DNA from: a virus
IMG/VR virus record: IMGVR_UViG_3300005512_000177
Length of the DNA: 33,269 nt
Reading direction: 5' to 3' (one strand)
Numbering within the stretch: position 1 is the first letter of the stretch; every line of letters starts with the position of its first letter. Made by a program: the position numbers and the translations under genes. Shown here one piece after another: positions 6,768 through 14,271 of this stretch. The notes under the pieces were generated by a model. It did no database searches. It worked only from the letters and a program-made list of their open reading frames with translations, and was not told the origin of the DNA.

Positions 6768-6795
6768 ATAATAACACACATACTGGATCCGTCAA
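6768..6795 (-). promoter_or_regulatory. Near-consensus sigma70 extended -10 promoter for 6132..6737
   Basis: The minus strand reads GGCTTGACG-GATCCAGTATGTGTGT(16)-TATTAT-AG, with TG at the extended -10 position. Confidence 0.7.
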
Positions 6796-6845
6796 GCCAT
6801 CACCGGGCATTTAGAATGCCCATAGCACAACACTTTTTTTGGGGA

Positions 6846-7961
6846 TTATATTTTTTTCTTGGCCGCTAACAGGTTTTTCCTATTACCAACATACTGGAAG
6901 GTGGCAGTGACCCTACCGAAACCCTTGACGCTGTCCTTGGTCAGCTCCGTGATCCCATGGCTGACCACATACTCGACCTTGTTACACAACCTGAAGTCTG
7001 GATCCCGCGACCTGGCCGCTATGAAGGCTGGATGGCTGGTGATCGCCTTCACTATGAAACCCTGCTGGGTGTAATGACGCATTATGGTCTTGGTGGCCAC
7101 TGCGCCTATGCCCACGCCCTGGTAATCGGGCAACACCACACTGCGGTGCCCCCTGATCACATTCTTCTTCTTGCCCATATTGTCCTTGACATAAGCGAAG
7201 AAGCCTGCTGGCTCACCATTGGCCAGAGCGATATAACACTCGGCCTGGCTGACCAGATTACGATTTAGATAATGATGCTCTCGGAACAACCTCCAGGCAG
7301 AACTATGACACCTTTTGATGTCAAGGTTGATCCTGGGTCGCCGAAGACGCTCCCGCGTGAATTTCGCTTGATCCACATAATACACCCAATCGGGTTCCAA
7401 CCATTCCAGGATGTCATAATGACAACTCAAAAGGACCATTCGCTTATTCCTACGCCTCGCAGTCTTGGCGAAGGCACAACTGCCTATCTTGGCCACATTA
7501 CGATCTATCACACTGGTGAATTCATCCACCACTATGGTATCCCTATCATCAAACAACAGCCTGGCCATCTCGACCCTGAAACGCTGACCATTGCTCAAGG
7601 TGTGGTAAGGCTGGAGCCAGCTGGGCGGACTGCTGAAACCCACACTGCTCAACACCTTGGTGATCTCCTCCGTGGTCTCGCTTTCTGGGAACGCGTCCAA
7701 CACGCTCCGATCCCTGGGCCAATCATCATAGCCCTCGTGATAATTTGACGCTCCAAAGCCCACGCGACCAATACTGGTCTTGCCCGCCCCGGATGGACCA
7801 ACTATCACACCAATGTTCCAATCCATATCCTCGATGGGGATATCCACCTGCCATTGCTTCTTCAACTTGCTCTCTGGACTGAGGTCAAACAGACCTTCAA
7901 CCTTGGTGCTCCTGAAACTCCTATTGTAATCGGTCTCTACTATATGGTTAAAACTCGGCAT
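6846..7961 (-). CDS. ABC-type ATPase (soluble NBD) fused to a C-terminal GNAT acyltransferase domain
   Basis: Track ORF of 371 aa; ATG 7961 is preceded by GGAGAAGAA. NBD motifs: Walker A GPSGAGKTS, ABC signature-like LSNGQRFRV, Walker B TIVVDEFTS, H-loop LLSCHYD. C-terminal half: WRLFREHHYL...GFFAYV...RSVVLPDYQGVGIG, which is GNAT motif A (Q/RxxGxG/A). Confidence 0.75.
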   Translation of the reverse strand: MPSFNHIVETDYNRSFRSTKVEGLFDLSPESKLKKQWQVDIPIEDMDWNIGVIVGPSGAGKTSIGRVGFGASNYHEGYDDWPRDRSVLDAFPESETTEEITKVLSSVGFSSPPSWLQPYHTLSNGQRFRVEMARLLFDDRDTIVVDEFTSVIDRNVAKIGSCAFAKTARRRNKRMVLLSCHYDILEWLEPDWVYYVDQAKFTRERLRRPRINLDIKRCHSSAWRLFREHHYLNRNLVSQAECYIALANGEPAGFFAYVKDNMGKKKNVIRGHRSVVLPDYQGVGIGAVATKTIMRHYTQQGFIVKAITSHPAFIAARSRDPDFRLCNKVEYVVSHGITELTKDSVKGFGRVTATFQYVGNRKNLLAAKKKI

Positions 7962-8467
7962 TTCTTCTCCAATTCTTCTGTGACATATCTGTGTAATTCC
8001 TTCTGCTGACCCTCGCTCTCACAATCAACAACCAACTCGAAAGTGGTTGGTTCTATCTTCTGGGTATCGCTGATGGCGAGGTCCGTCAAAATGTTCTCGA
8101 TCTCCTGCTGACTGAAACCGGTTGGGTTGTCATCAAGGTCCGCCAACTCCTGCTTCAACAGCTCCGGATCCCATTTGCTGTCCTCCTGGCTCCTGTTATC
8201 CAAAATCCTATACTCCTTGGCCTGTTCATCCGATCCCTTGAACCTGACCACTGGCACCTCTGCCATCTTAAGATGCTTGGCCGCACGCCATCTCGCGTGA
8301 CCCGCCACTATGACATTATTATGATCAATCACAATGGGCTGTTGGAATCCATAAGCCTGGATGCTCTCTGCCACCACCAAAACCGTGGCATCGTTCCTAC
8401 GGCTGTTCAACTGGTATGGTCGCACCTGGTCGGTGGCCATGGTCTCTAGAACCAACTCTGACGACAT
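7940..8467 (-). CDS. ParB/sulfiredoxin-like nuclease-domain protein (paralogue 2)
   Basis: Track ORF of 175 aa; AAAGGA lies upstream of ATG 8467. Motifs are 'VRPYQLNSRRN', 'GFQQPIVID', 'VAGHARWRAAKHL' and 'YRILDN', colinear with 8446..8970. Confidence 0.75.
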   Translation of the reverse strand: MSSELVLETMATDQVRPYQLNSRRNDATVLVVAESIQAYGFQQPIVIDHNNVIVAGHARWRAAKHLKMAEVPVVRFKGSDEQAKEYRILDNRSQEDSKWDPELLKQELADLDDNPTGFSQQEIENILTDLAISDTQKIEPTTFELVVDCESEGQQKELHRYVTEELEKKCRVLTI

Positions 8468-8970
8468 TTCTTGAATCCTTTCTGTTTGATACGGGTCTCC
8501 ACCTGATCCATATCCTCACGACTATCACACTGGACTATGATGTGGTGCTTCCTGTTGTGCTGGTGATCCTTGCCTATCAATCCCAATTCCGGGAACAGGA
8601 TATCGTCCAACTCCTTCAATCTGAAACCGGTGGCCTCCACATCTGGCAGGCTCTCGATCTCCTTCTTGAGATCAACGACATCCCAACGGGTGAAATCATG
8701 GGCCTTGTTGTCCATTATACGGTAAGCCCTGGCCTGTTTCTCATCCAGGTCAGCCACTATCACAGGCACTTCAGTGAAACCCAATTCCTTGGCGGCCGCA
8801 TATCTGGTATGGCCCACCACTATGGTCATCGATCCATCAACCACTATTGGTTGATTGAAACCATATTTCTTTATACTGGTCTTGACCTTGTCTATGGTAT
8901 CAATATTCCTACGGGGATTATGGGGATAAGGTTTTATTTCATCGATTGGTTTCTTGACTATATCCATCAT
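8446..8970 (-). CDS. ParB/sulfiredoxin-like nuclease-domain protein (paralogue 1)
   Basis: Track ORF of 174 aa. Motifs are 'IKPYPHNPRRN', 'GFNQPIVVD', 'VVGHTRYAAAKELG' and 'YRIMDN', typical of the ParB N-terminal (ParBc) domain. No ParA partner and no obvious HTH/dimerisation region. Confidence 0.75.
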   Translation of the reverse strand: MMDIVKKPIDEIKPYPHNPRRNIDTIDKVKTSIKKYGFNQPIVVDGSMTIVVGHTRYAAAKELGFTEVPVIVADLDEKQARAYRIMDNKAHDFTRWDVVDLKKEIESLPDVEATGFRLKELDDILFPELGLIGKDHQHNRKHHIIVQCDSREDMDQVETRIKQKGFKKCRQSWF

Positions 8971-9110
8971 ATCCCTTTCAATTGGAGTGAGCTGTATGGC
9001 TCACCGGATCCTAGGATGGATCCAATTTAGTCGGTTAGTTCTGCAAGGAATTATCGACCAACTCACTCCTTCTATATTTACACAGAACTGATCACAACAC
9101 ACATCCTTTA

Positions 9111-9128
9111 GGGTCTTCACGAAGACCC
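9111..9128. repeat. Inverted repeat GGGTCTTC-AC-GAAGACCC
   Basis: Perfect 8-bp arms read by eye. It is followed by a second hairpin, AGAAAT-N11-ATTTCT (9129-9151), and a T6 run. Confidence 0.7.
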
Positions 9129-9195
9129 AGAAATTCGCTACGCTCATTTCTTTTTTTCCAATTGGCTAACTCTCTTTATGTAGATTGAACTCATA

Positions 9196-9217
9196 ATTCG
9201 GCTATCTCTAGCCGAAT
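9196..9217. repeat. Inverted repeat ATTCGGCTA-TCTC-TAGCCGAAT
   Basis: Perfect 9-bp arms with a 4-nt loop. A further hairpin, GATACT-N7-AGTATC, lies at 9225-9243. Confidence 0.7.
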
Positions 9218-9555
9218 CATTTGGGATACTTTATGTGAGTATCACTCATCTGTAAGTCGCTGTCTAAACCAGGCGGTAAGGCTATACCTGTTCGCTCATT
9301 CTATCCTACGCGATCTAATCCATCCTGCTTACAATCATTATGGATCAAACTGGTGTTGCTTTTTCTCAGAGCACCATCATTTATTTTTAACAATCTCCTA
9401 ACGGGATTCACCTGTCGCTTTTCAGCCGCATTTCCCTGGACTTTACACTGCCTATCTATTGAAATTAAATGGAGCCTATTCCTTGCCTATACATCTATTT
9501 ATAGCGTATTTTTAAAAGCCTATTATTTTTAAATACAAACGGTGGTTTGTATCCC

Positions 9556-9575
9556 AATGAGATCTTACTCTCATT
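9556..9575. repeat. Inverted repeat AATGAGA-TCTTAC-TCTCATT
   Basis: Perfect 7-bp arms, about 40 nt upstream of ATG 9613. Confidence 0.65.
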
Positions 9576-9612
9576 CTCCAGCAAGCCACCTTCCACATTT
9601 TAAATAACCTAT

Positions 9613-10170
9613 ATGCTAATATGGTTCAATCATCCTTCGGTGGCCGGCATCGCCACCACACTACCCCTACAACCCAATGAAATTGGTTGTAACTATTTCT
9701 ATCAAATCAGGCCTACCGCACACATCGTGGTCTATGATCCACAAACCCGCGATCTCATTACCAAAGATACCAAAAACACCAAAATGTTCAATACCACTTT
9801 CTGGGCCAAAAACGGCTTTAAGACAGCATTTTTCAAAGAAGTCATCACTCCCACCAGGTTAAGGCCACAGGATTCTGGCACACTGGCCATCGCCCTGGCC
9901 CTATGGCATCTATCAGCAAAGGACATCACAATCATTGGATGTGGATGGCACAAAAATGACACATCAAGCCTATTCGATCAATACTACACACACAAAAAAG
10001 GGGCCAGCAAGATATCAAACCCTAAACTGAAATTGCTACGCAATTATCAATCTGAATTCAACATCAAGATTAGATTTGTATCTGATACTATTATAGATCC
10101 GGCGTTCGACCACCTGACGATCGAAGATCTATCCATCTCAAAGACCGCTGATATTTCCTATCTAAAATAA
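9613..10170 (+). CDS. Compact glycosyltransferase-like protein (GT42 / CstII-like sialyl- or Kdo-type transferase motifs); the only plus-strand gene
   Basis: Track ORF of 185 aa, which is long for AT-rich DNA. The motifs 'WFNHPSVAG', 'GCNYFYQ', 'DSGTLAIALALWHLSAKDITIIGCG' and 'THKKG' are colinear with GNGPS, CNQFY, TSG..A.AIALGYKEIYLSGID and GHSK as I recall them from Campylobacter CstII. No Shine-Dalgarno is present. Confidence 0.45.
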   Translation: MLIWFNHPSVAGIATTLPLQPNEIGCNYFYQIRPTAHIVVYDPQTRDLITKDTKNTKMFNTTFWAKNGFKTAFFKEVITPTRLRPQDSGTLAIALALWHLSAKDITIIGCGWHKNDTSSLFDQYYTHKKGASKISNPKLKLLRNYQSEFNIKIRFVSDTIIDPAFDHLTIEDLSISKTADISYLK

Positions 10171-10272
10171 ATTTACAGGTATGGTGTCCAACACACACAG
10201 ATTTCTTTGAAGCCCTACTACACTTGTAATATCCAAACACCAAAATCTTCAAATCAAAAATACTCTGTTTCA

Positions 10273-12639
10273 TTACGACACCGTGAAGGTTGCCGCACTG
10301 GCGTAATCACTTCTCCTATCTAACTCGTTACGCGAGGCGACCCTGATGTCCCATTGGTCTCCAGCACTGACTGGTCCCCATATAAACTCTGTATCGTTGG
10401 TCAGCCCAACGGTATAATAAGTCGAATCAGCGGCCCTCTTGACCTGGACGATATACTCCGTGGTGAATGGATCCGTTGATGCGGTCCAAGTGATATCCAA
10501 TTGTTCATCAGCTGTATAACCACTACCTGATAACGCGGTGCTCTGCGATACACTGATATTGGTCGGTGGGCTGACCAACAACGGATTAGGAAGATTTATC
10601 GTTGGCTTAGGTGCGGCCGCCGCCTGACCATCCAACACATAATCAGCACTATTATGTTCCGTAGCAACGAAACCTAAATCACCCCCAGCATTCATATTGA
10701 TACTTTCTATCCTGAACACACCATCAAAATTTAGATTCTTATTCTGGAGCCTGACGAGATCACCAACACTGACATCTGTCACAGCACTGGTGGTAGAAAA
10801 TTGGACAGCCATCTTGTTCCTACTGGTCTTGACCAATGTCTCGGCGATGTTCAACGCCCTCTCTCTATTCGCACAATGAGGCATAGCAACTTCCTTATCC
10901 AGCGGGATGTCATTGTCTTCTAGCAAATAATTGGCATACACACTACTATCCGAAGGTGGCCAGAACACATCATTAGGCTGGTAATCAGCATCAGGATCAG
11001 TATAAGTGACCCTCAATTGGTTTATCTTACGACTTTTACTTTCACCCTGGATCCTTAAACCACCAACCAACACATCTTCATCTATTATCTTGACCACTGG
11101 CGGTGGGTTTGGTGCGGCATCAATGTCCGCGATATTGCCCCCATGGGGAATTTTCAAGAAATACTTCCCAGCCTGGTATGGCATTATACCATTAAAGCTG
11201 GCCAATATACTCCTCACATTATTCAACAGGCTTTCTGAGGTCTCCAGCACACCATCAAACACACTGAACTTGCCCGTTGTGGTAGTGGTGTATGGCACCG
11301 TCTGATCACACTGCTGTGCGGCCAAAGCGATACTATCCCAATCAAAATAATCATTGGTCAGACCTTTTCCATAAATTGGATTACGCAAAAAATCAACCAA
11401 CACATTCACTGGGTTGTTATTATAGACTTCCGTCTCATCAGCATATGCGGTCGAATGCGCAACCGTGCTGGTGGTCGGTAATTCAACAGACCAAGAAATC
11501 GATCCACAAGGATCTGGTCCCTGCGACCCAGTAAAAGGTCCCACCGTTGAAGTCAATTGTATTTGGTATGTGCCAATTGCTGGGATCACTATATCTTCAT
11601 CAATGAAAGAAGTGGCAGGAGTGCTATCAGTAGTCGTCGCTGAATTATAAGGCCTACCATCAGTGTTACTATTGAAGATTTCTTGTGTTGGACCAGCATC
11701 GGTCCTATACACAGCATAATTCGTCACTACCGTTAGCAAATCACCTGGCGTGTTATCCCTAGCACTAGCGGTATTAACCATTTTTATTTTGACCAAAGCA
11801 TTGGTGCTCGTTGTGGTAAGGAAAATATTACCCGTATAATTTCCTCCCCTGGTCAGCGGAATCGGTGGTCTCGTGACATTGGTTCCATTAGCATAATTGC
11901 CCGTGTAACCTACCGTGCTCGTGGTATCACTTGGCCCACCATTATTGGCATTAGTGATTGTTCCATCAAAATTCTGTGAATAACCAGACAATACATTGAA
12001 AACTTTCTTGCCTTGGATCCTTACCTGGATTTTAGGTATTCCTGATCTATAAGGATTATTATCAGCGTCCTCTTGGTTCTCGATCTTCTTCCATCTAAAC
12101 CTACAAGCCAAATAAGCCACACCTCTCAACCTATGGTTGGTGCCCCATCCTGGTGCTTCCTGTAGCAGTGTTGATACCGTCTGGTCTTCCCTACCATCGA
12201 AGAATTGTGTGATCAACCTATCCTGATACGGACCAGAACTTGGTGATCCCTGGACCCCATGGGCGTAACTGCTGACCACTACCTCTTCATCATCAATGAA
12301 AATTTGATCGATACCCTGGACCTGACCCTCACAAATGGCCAAAGCCACATAAAGGTATTCATTGTCCGTGCCATTGGTCGAAACGAACACCCGATAACCA
12401 CCAACACGCCTTTGCCCATAAATCACAGGTATATTACCCACACCAGAATCCTTGTTCAATAATGGACCTAGGATCTGGTTATTGACTTGCCCTGCGGTTA
12501 AATCACCACCACCCATTGAAGGCATAGCGAAAGGTGAAGCGACTATATCAACAACCGCCTTGACCGTATCAGTGACAAAATCTATGGCATCATCAACAAA
12601 ATCTTTTACCTTATCAAAAAATTTCTTATGGAACGGCAT
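10273..12639 (-). CDS. Tail tip / host-specificity protein (lambda J - GTA g15 family) with C-terminal fibronectin-III-like domain
   Basis: Track ORF of 788 aa, the last gene of the tail module. 'IPVIYGQRRVGGYRVF...YLYVALAICEG' is the hallmark N-terminal motif of J-like proteins. The C-terminus 'LDITWTASTDPFTTEYIVQVK...WDIRVASRN' is FN3-like. Confidence 0.75.
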   Translation of the reverse strand: MPFHKKFFDKVKDFVDDAIDFVTDTVKAVVDIVASPFAMPSMGGGDLTAGQVNNQILGPLLNKDSGVGNIPVIYGQRRVGGYRVFVSTNGTDNEYLYVALAICEGQVQGIDQIFIDDEEVVVSSYAHGVQGSPSSGPYQDRLITQFFDGREDQTVSTLLQEAPGWGTNHRLRGVAYLACRFRWKKIENQEDADNNPYRSGIPKIQVRIQGKKVFNVLSGYSQNFDGTITNANNGGPSDTTSTVGYTGNYANGTNVTRPPIPLTRGGNYTGNIFLTTTSTNALVKIKMVNTASARDNTPGDLLTVVTNYAVYRTDAGPTQEIFNSNTDGRPYNSATTTDSTPATSFIDEDIVIPAIGTYQIQLTSTVGPFTGSQGPDPCGSISWSVELPTTSTVAHSTAYADETEVYNNNPVNVLVDFLRNPIYGKGLTNDYFDWDSIALAAQQCDQTVPYTTTTTGKFSVFDGVLETSESLLNNVRSILASFNGIMPYQAGKYFLKIPHGGNIADIDAAPNPPPVVKIIDEDVLVGGLRIQGESKSRKINQLRVTYTDPDADYQPNDVFWPPSDSSVYANYLLEDNDIPLDKEVAMPHCANRERALNIAETLVKTSRNKMAVQFSTTSAVTDVSVGDLVRLQNKNLNFDGVFRIESINMNAGGDLGFVATEHNSADYVLDGQAAAAPKPTINLPNPLLVSPPTNISVSQSTALSGSGYTADEQLDITWTASTDPFTTEYIVQVKRAADSTYYTVGLTNDTEFIWGPVSAGDQWDIRVASRNELDRRSDYASAATFTVS

Positions 12640-13100
12640 TATCTTTTTATCCTATATAAAGTCTGAGGTTCAGCCATCATAGCGATGGTTTCTTTAAACA
12701 CCTCACAATCATTACACAATGTCCAATTATCACTGGTCTTCACATCCTTAATATCAAGATCATCAATCAATTTTGACACAGGATTTAACAATTTGCGATA
12801 ATTCTCAGGGGTCCTGAATTCAGGTAAAAGGAAAATAGAATCTATAATTGCGAATCCGGAATCATCATAAAACCTAGCACCCACATCAACAAAAACGAAG
12901 CCTATTAGCGTATTCATTTTATACAACCCAAAATTAAAACTTTCAATCCTACGCGACATATCATTCTTCAACTGCGTCATTAAGATATCATCTCGAATTT
13001 TTTCTATACCTTTCTCCACCAACGACATCTTGACCATATTGAACAACTGGCCTATATCTCTCCCCACCATCCTTCTAATCCTGATATCATCTATGATCAT
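12639..13100 (-). CDS. Hypothetical protein in the tail module (weak GNAT-like pattern)
   Basis: This is track ORF 12639..13115 with the start moved to ATG 13100. GGGAGGA lies 5 nt upstream, and the ATG forms a TAATG overlap with the upstream stop. 'GFVFVDV...FAIIDSIFLLPEFR...YRKLL' loosely resembles GNAT beta4-alpha3 but lacks the Gly-rich motif. Confidence 0.55.
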   Translation of the reverse strand: MIIDDIRIRRMVGRDIGQLFNMVKMSLVEKGIEKIRDDILMTQLKNDMSRRIESFNFGLYKMNTLIGFVFVDVGARFYDDSGFAIIDSIFLLPEFRTPENYRKLLNPVSKLIDDLDIKDVKTSDNWTLCNDCEVFKETIAMMAEPQTLYRIKR

Positions 13101-13681
13101 TATGTCCTCCCCCATTTAATATCTGTTTGTATCTGTGGAGCAAATTCAAATCCCACATCATTAGCAAAAAATCTCTGCTGGCTATCACTATTAGTCCTCC
13201 TACCAGCCAACTTCTCATAATCAGCAAATTGACTACCAACATTAAATGACAAGGTAGCCGTATCTTTGGATTCACTAATATTGAAATCCTTTATCCTACC
13301 ATCAAAATATTGGAACACCTTGGTGCTATCGAGAGACAAATTATCATCTAACACAGCCCTGTATATAACCACACGCCTATCAATATATTCATTATTCAAC
13401 ACATACCCCAATGTAGTATAATCAACTGCGGTAAAGGCAACACTCATTGAACCAATTTTAAGATCCTTTGTCTCCTGGACATTACCCAGTCCAATGAACT
13501 GGCCCTGTGCCAAATAAGAATTAACACCTGCGTCTGGTGCGCTGGCACTATCATAATCCAGGTCAATAATACCATTATTGAAATACAAAGCGGTCGCTAA
13601 ATGGATTTCAATCAGATCAACTACCCTGATTTGCCGACCCGACAATGAAGTGATCAATCCCGAAGACAATCTTCTCGACAT
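13100..13681 (-). CDS. Distal tail / hub protein (GTA g13 - DUF2163-like position)
   Basis: Track ORF of 193 aa. The call rests on position, second gene after the tape measure, and on translational coupling at both ends. Confidence 0.5.
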   Translation of the reverse strand: MSRRLSSGLITSLSGRQIRVVDLIEIHLATALYFNNGIIDLDYDSASAPDAGVNSYLAQGQFIGLGNVQETKDLKIGSMSVAFTAVDYTTLGYVLNNEYIDRRVVIYRAVLDDNLSLDSTKVFQYFDGRIKDFNISESKDTATLSFNVGSQFADYEKLAGRRTNSDSQQRFFANDVGFEFAPQIQTDIKWGRT

Positions 13682-14271
13682 TAATGATCCTCTGCTAATG
13701 AAATTTCTATTCTGGAAGTGCCATCTAGATTGGTCTTGAACACCTGCCTATCACTCATCAACATCATTTTGAAAGGCACATCATTATAAATTATCGTTGT
13801 GGTGTTATCAACCTCGTGCTCTAATCTAGGCGTAAATTCAAAAGTATCCTCACTACTCAAATCTTGATTGACATCAGCAGTCAGCATATACACTTTATCG
13901 TGATTACTGAATTTTATGAAATCACCACTCTTAAGAGTGCCTCCACCTCCATTGGCTCGCACACTGGATAAACCAGCCACATAGTCTTGAGTGACCAATG
14001 GTGTGCCTGTGGCATTATCACTACTGGTTGATCCATATATTGGCGGCACAAAAGTGAAACTGCCCAACATTCCTTCTTGCTTGGCCAAAAACGCAAACAA
14101 CTCTCCCTGCTCCGCACGGTCTAATGACTTACTCGTGACCGTCATCAACCAATGCTGTGATCCTACTGCTTTCCTATATGTGATACCACTCAAACTTTCA
14201 GTGATCCTTGTAGTGGTCTCACTGGTGATTGACGCACTAACAAAAAAATTCGTTGATAAAGTTCCACTCAT
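13681..14271 (-). CDS. Distal tail protein (GTA g12-like position)
   Basis: Track ORF of 196 aa, immediately downstream of the tape measure with 1-nt stop/start overlaps. Confidence 0.5.
   Translation of the reverse strand: MSGTLSTNFFVSASITSETTTRITESLSGITYRKAVGSQHWLMTVTSKSLDRAEQGELFAFLAKQEGMLGSFTFVPPIYGSTSSDNATGTPLVTQDYVAGLSSVRANGGGGTLKSGDFIKFSNHDKVYMLTADVNQDLSSEDTFEFTPRLEHEVDNTTTIIYNDVPFKMMLMSDRQVFKTNLDGTSRIEISLAEDH

Larger units (their letters stand above)
8971..9612. other. 642-bp non-coding, hairpin-rich divergent intergenic region (candidate regulatory / origin / packaging region)
   Basis: No ORF longer than about 16 codons was found by hand. It lies between the start of the minus-strand early operon and the only plus-strand gene. 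It holds at least five perfect stem-loops and a 10-bp palindrome ATCCTAGGAT (9008-9017) flanked by GGATCC sites. Confidence 0.5.

Noticed and set aside
8971-9612. tRNA or other classical RNA gene in the large intergenic regions (also 4514..4919)
   Set aside because: I could not find a T-loop-like GTTCRANYC box with a matching acceptor stem or a cloverleaf arrangement by eye. A tRNAscan/Infernal run is still advisable.
10091-10273. 60-aa minus-strand ORF starting with a TAATG overlap on the J-like gene stop
   Set aside because: Its distal 80 nt runs antisense through the end of the better-supported plus-strand gene 9613..10170, and no motif was seen. It may be a chance ORF, so it is kept only as a note.
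13087-14117. Nested minus-strand ORFs 13087..13275 and 13914..14117
   Set aside because: They are alternative frames inside 13100..13681 and 13681..14271, with no SD and no coupling signal.
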